This document shows positions 63,168 to 64,000 of a stretch of 64,000 bases of DNA, in pieces (within the stretch, counting starts at the first letter, position 1; every line of letters begins with the position of its first letter). Under the pieces are notes generated by a model, which saw nothing but the letters and a program-made list of their open reading frames with translations, was not told the origin of the DNA and did not search any database. Source of the stretch: Fimbriosthenelais zetlandica (taxonomy: Eukaryota); contig OZ365115.1 of the NCBI GenBank assembly GCA_977030845.1, positions 25,978,001 to 26,042,000 of the forward strand, written 5' to 3'. The position numbers and the translations under genes were made by a program.

Positions 63168-63450
63168 TTTTTTGATTCTCTTATCTGAGCTACTAACTTA
63201 TTCTAACAGAGATTTCCAGGGAAGATGACAATGTTTTAACGGTTTTCCCAAGTGATGTATCAAGATTTTCCCAAGCGATACACCAAGATTTTTTCGATTC
63301 TCTTATCTGAGCTACTTAATATTCTAACAGAGATTTCCGGGGAAGATGACAATGTTTTAACGGTTTTCCCAAGTGATGCAGCAAGATTTTCCCAAGCGAT
63401 GCAGCAAGATTTTTCCAAGCGATGCAGCAAGATTTTCCCAAGCGATGCAG
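63168..63450. repeat. ~100-bp direct duplication followed by ~22-bp tandem units (caagattttcccaagcgatgcag)
   Basis: Direct inspection. Confidence 0.8.
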
Positions 63451-64000
63451 GGCGATAGTATATTTCTAATCACAATCAATGCTTGTACTTTTAACAGTCC
63501 TTTACACCTAGCTAAAGTTAACCACTGACAAAATTACAAGCATTGGGTGTGATTAATTTGATCCTCTATCTAACTCCATCTGATAATTGTCAGAAACCAT
63601 ATTTCTATTCACACTCAATGCTTGTAATTTGAACAGACCTTTACACCTAGGTAAGGCTAACTACTATTACTAATTTCAATAATTGGATGCCATTAGAAAT
63701 GGGAGTTTGGATGGAGACGTTTTGGAGAGTGGGATTTGTGTGTACCAAGCTAAGTTAGACTGCAAACTCCTCCGATTGCTTGCGTTTCTCTTGCCATGAG
63801 ACTTGCCAAAACACCAGCAAGCAAGCGCAAACATTAGATTTTAAATCTAACGGAGTCACAAATGCTATGCTTCGCTTAATTTAGGCTCTTGCTCTCTTGG
63901 CTAGTGGTGCACAAAGGGAATGGCCGAGGCAGGTGCATCAAATAAAGTCAACTCTGCCGCGACAGCGCCCACAAAAAAGCTCTGGTCTGTTCAAGCCATA

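Noticed and set aside
1-64000. Nested plus-strand gene or autonomous transposon
   Set aside because: No plus-strand exon chain and no reverse transcriptase, transposase or Helitron Rep motifs recognised in any ORF.

Overview
AT-rich animal genomic DNA from a lophotrochozoan, probably a mollusc; it is not prokaryotic. The window lies inside one minus-strand, multi-exon gene for a giant sarcomeric Ig/FN3 protein that I identify as twitchin (unc-22/projectin family). The gene is open at both window ends. I rebuilt the exon chain by hand from GT-AG boundaries with matching intron phases. In transcript order (high to low coordinates) it reads: partial Ig; a ~175-aa E/K-rich single-helix-like segment; Ig; a PEVK-like linker built from small cassette and microexons; Ig; a DFRxxL motif; a linker of PKA-site (RRxS) cassette exons including two D1-like paralogues; five Ig; then FN3-FN3-Ig-FN3-FN3-Ig-FN3-FN3-FN3. 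The most interesting part is the 24.8-56 kb regulatory half. It holds seven RRxS sites on five exons, several unannotated 8-27 nt microexon candidates (some needed to reconcile reading frames), a probable internal first exon and possible early terminal exons. Introns carry several MITE families, two tRNA-derived SINE families, tandem arrays and a 136-N gap. Most entries in the ORF track are antisense, repeat-derived or intron read-through artefacts. All alternative-exon calls are predictions from sequence alone.
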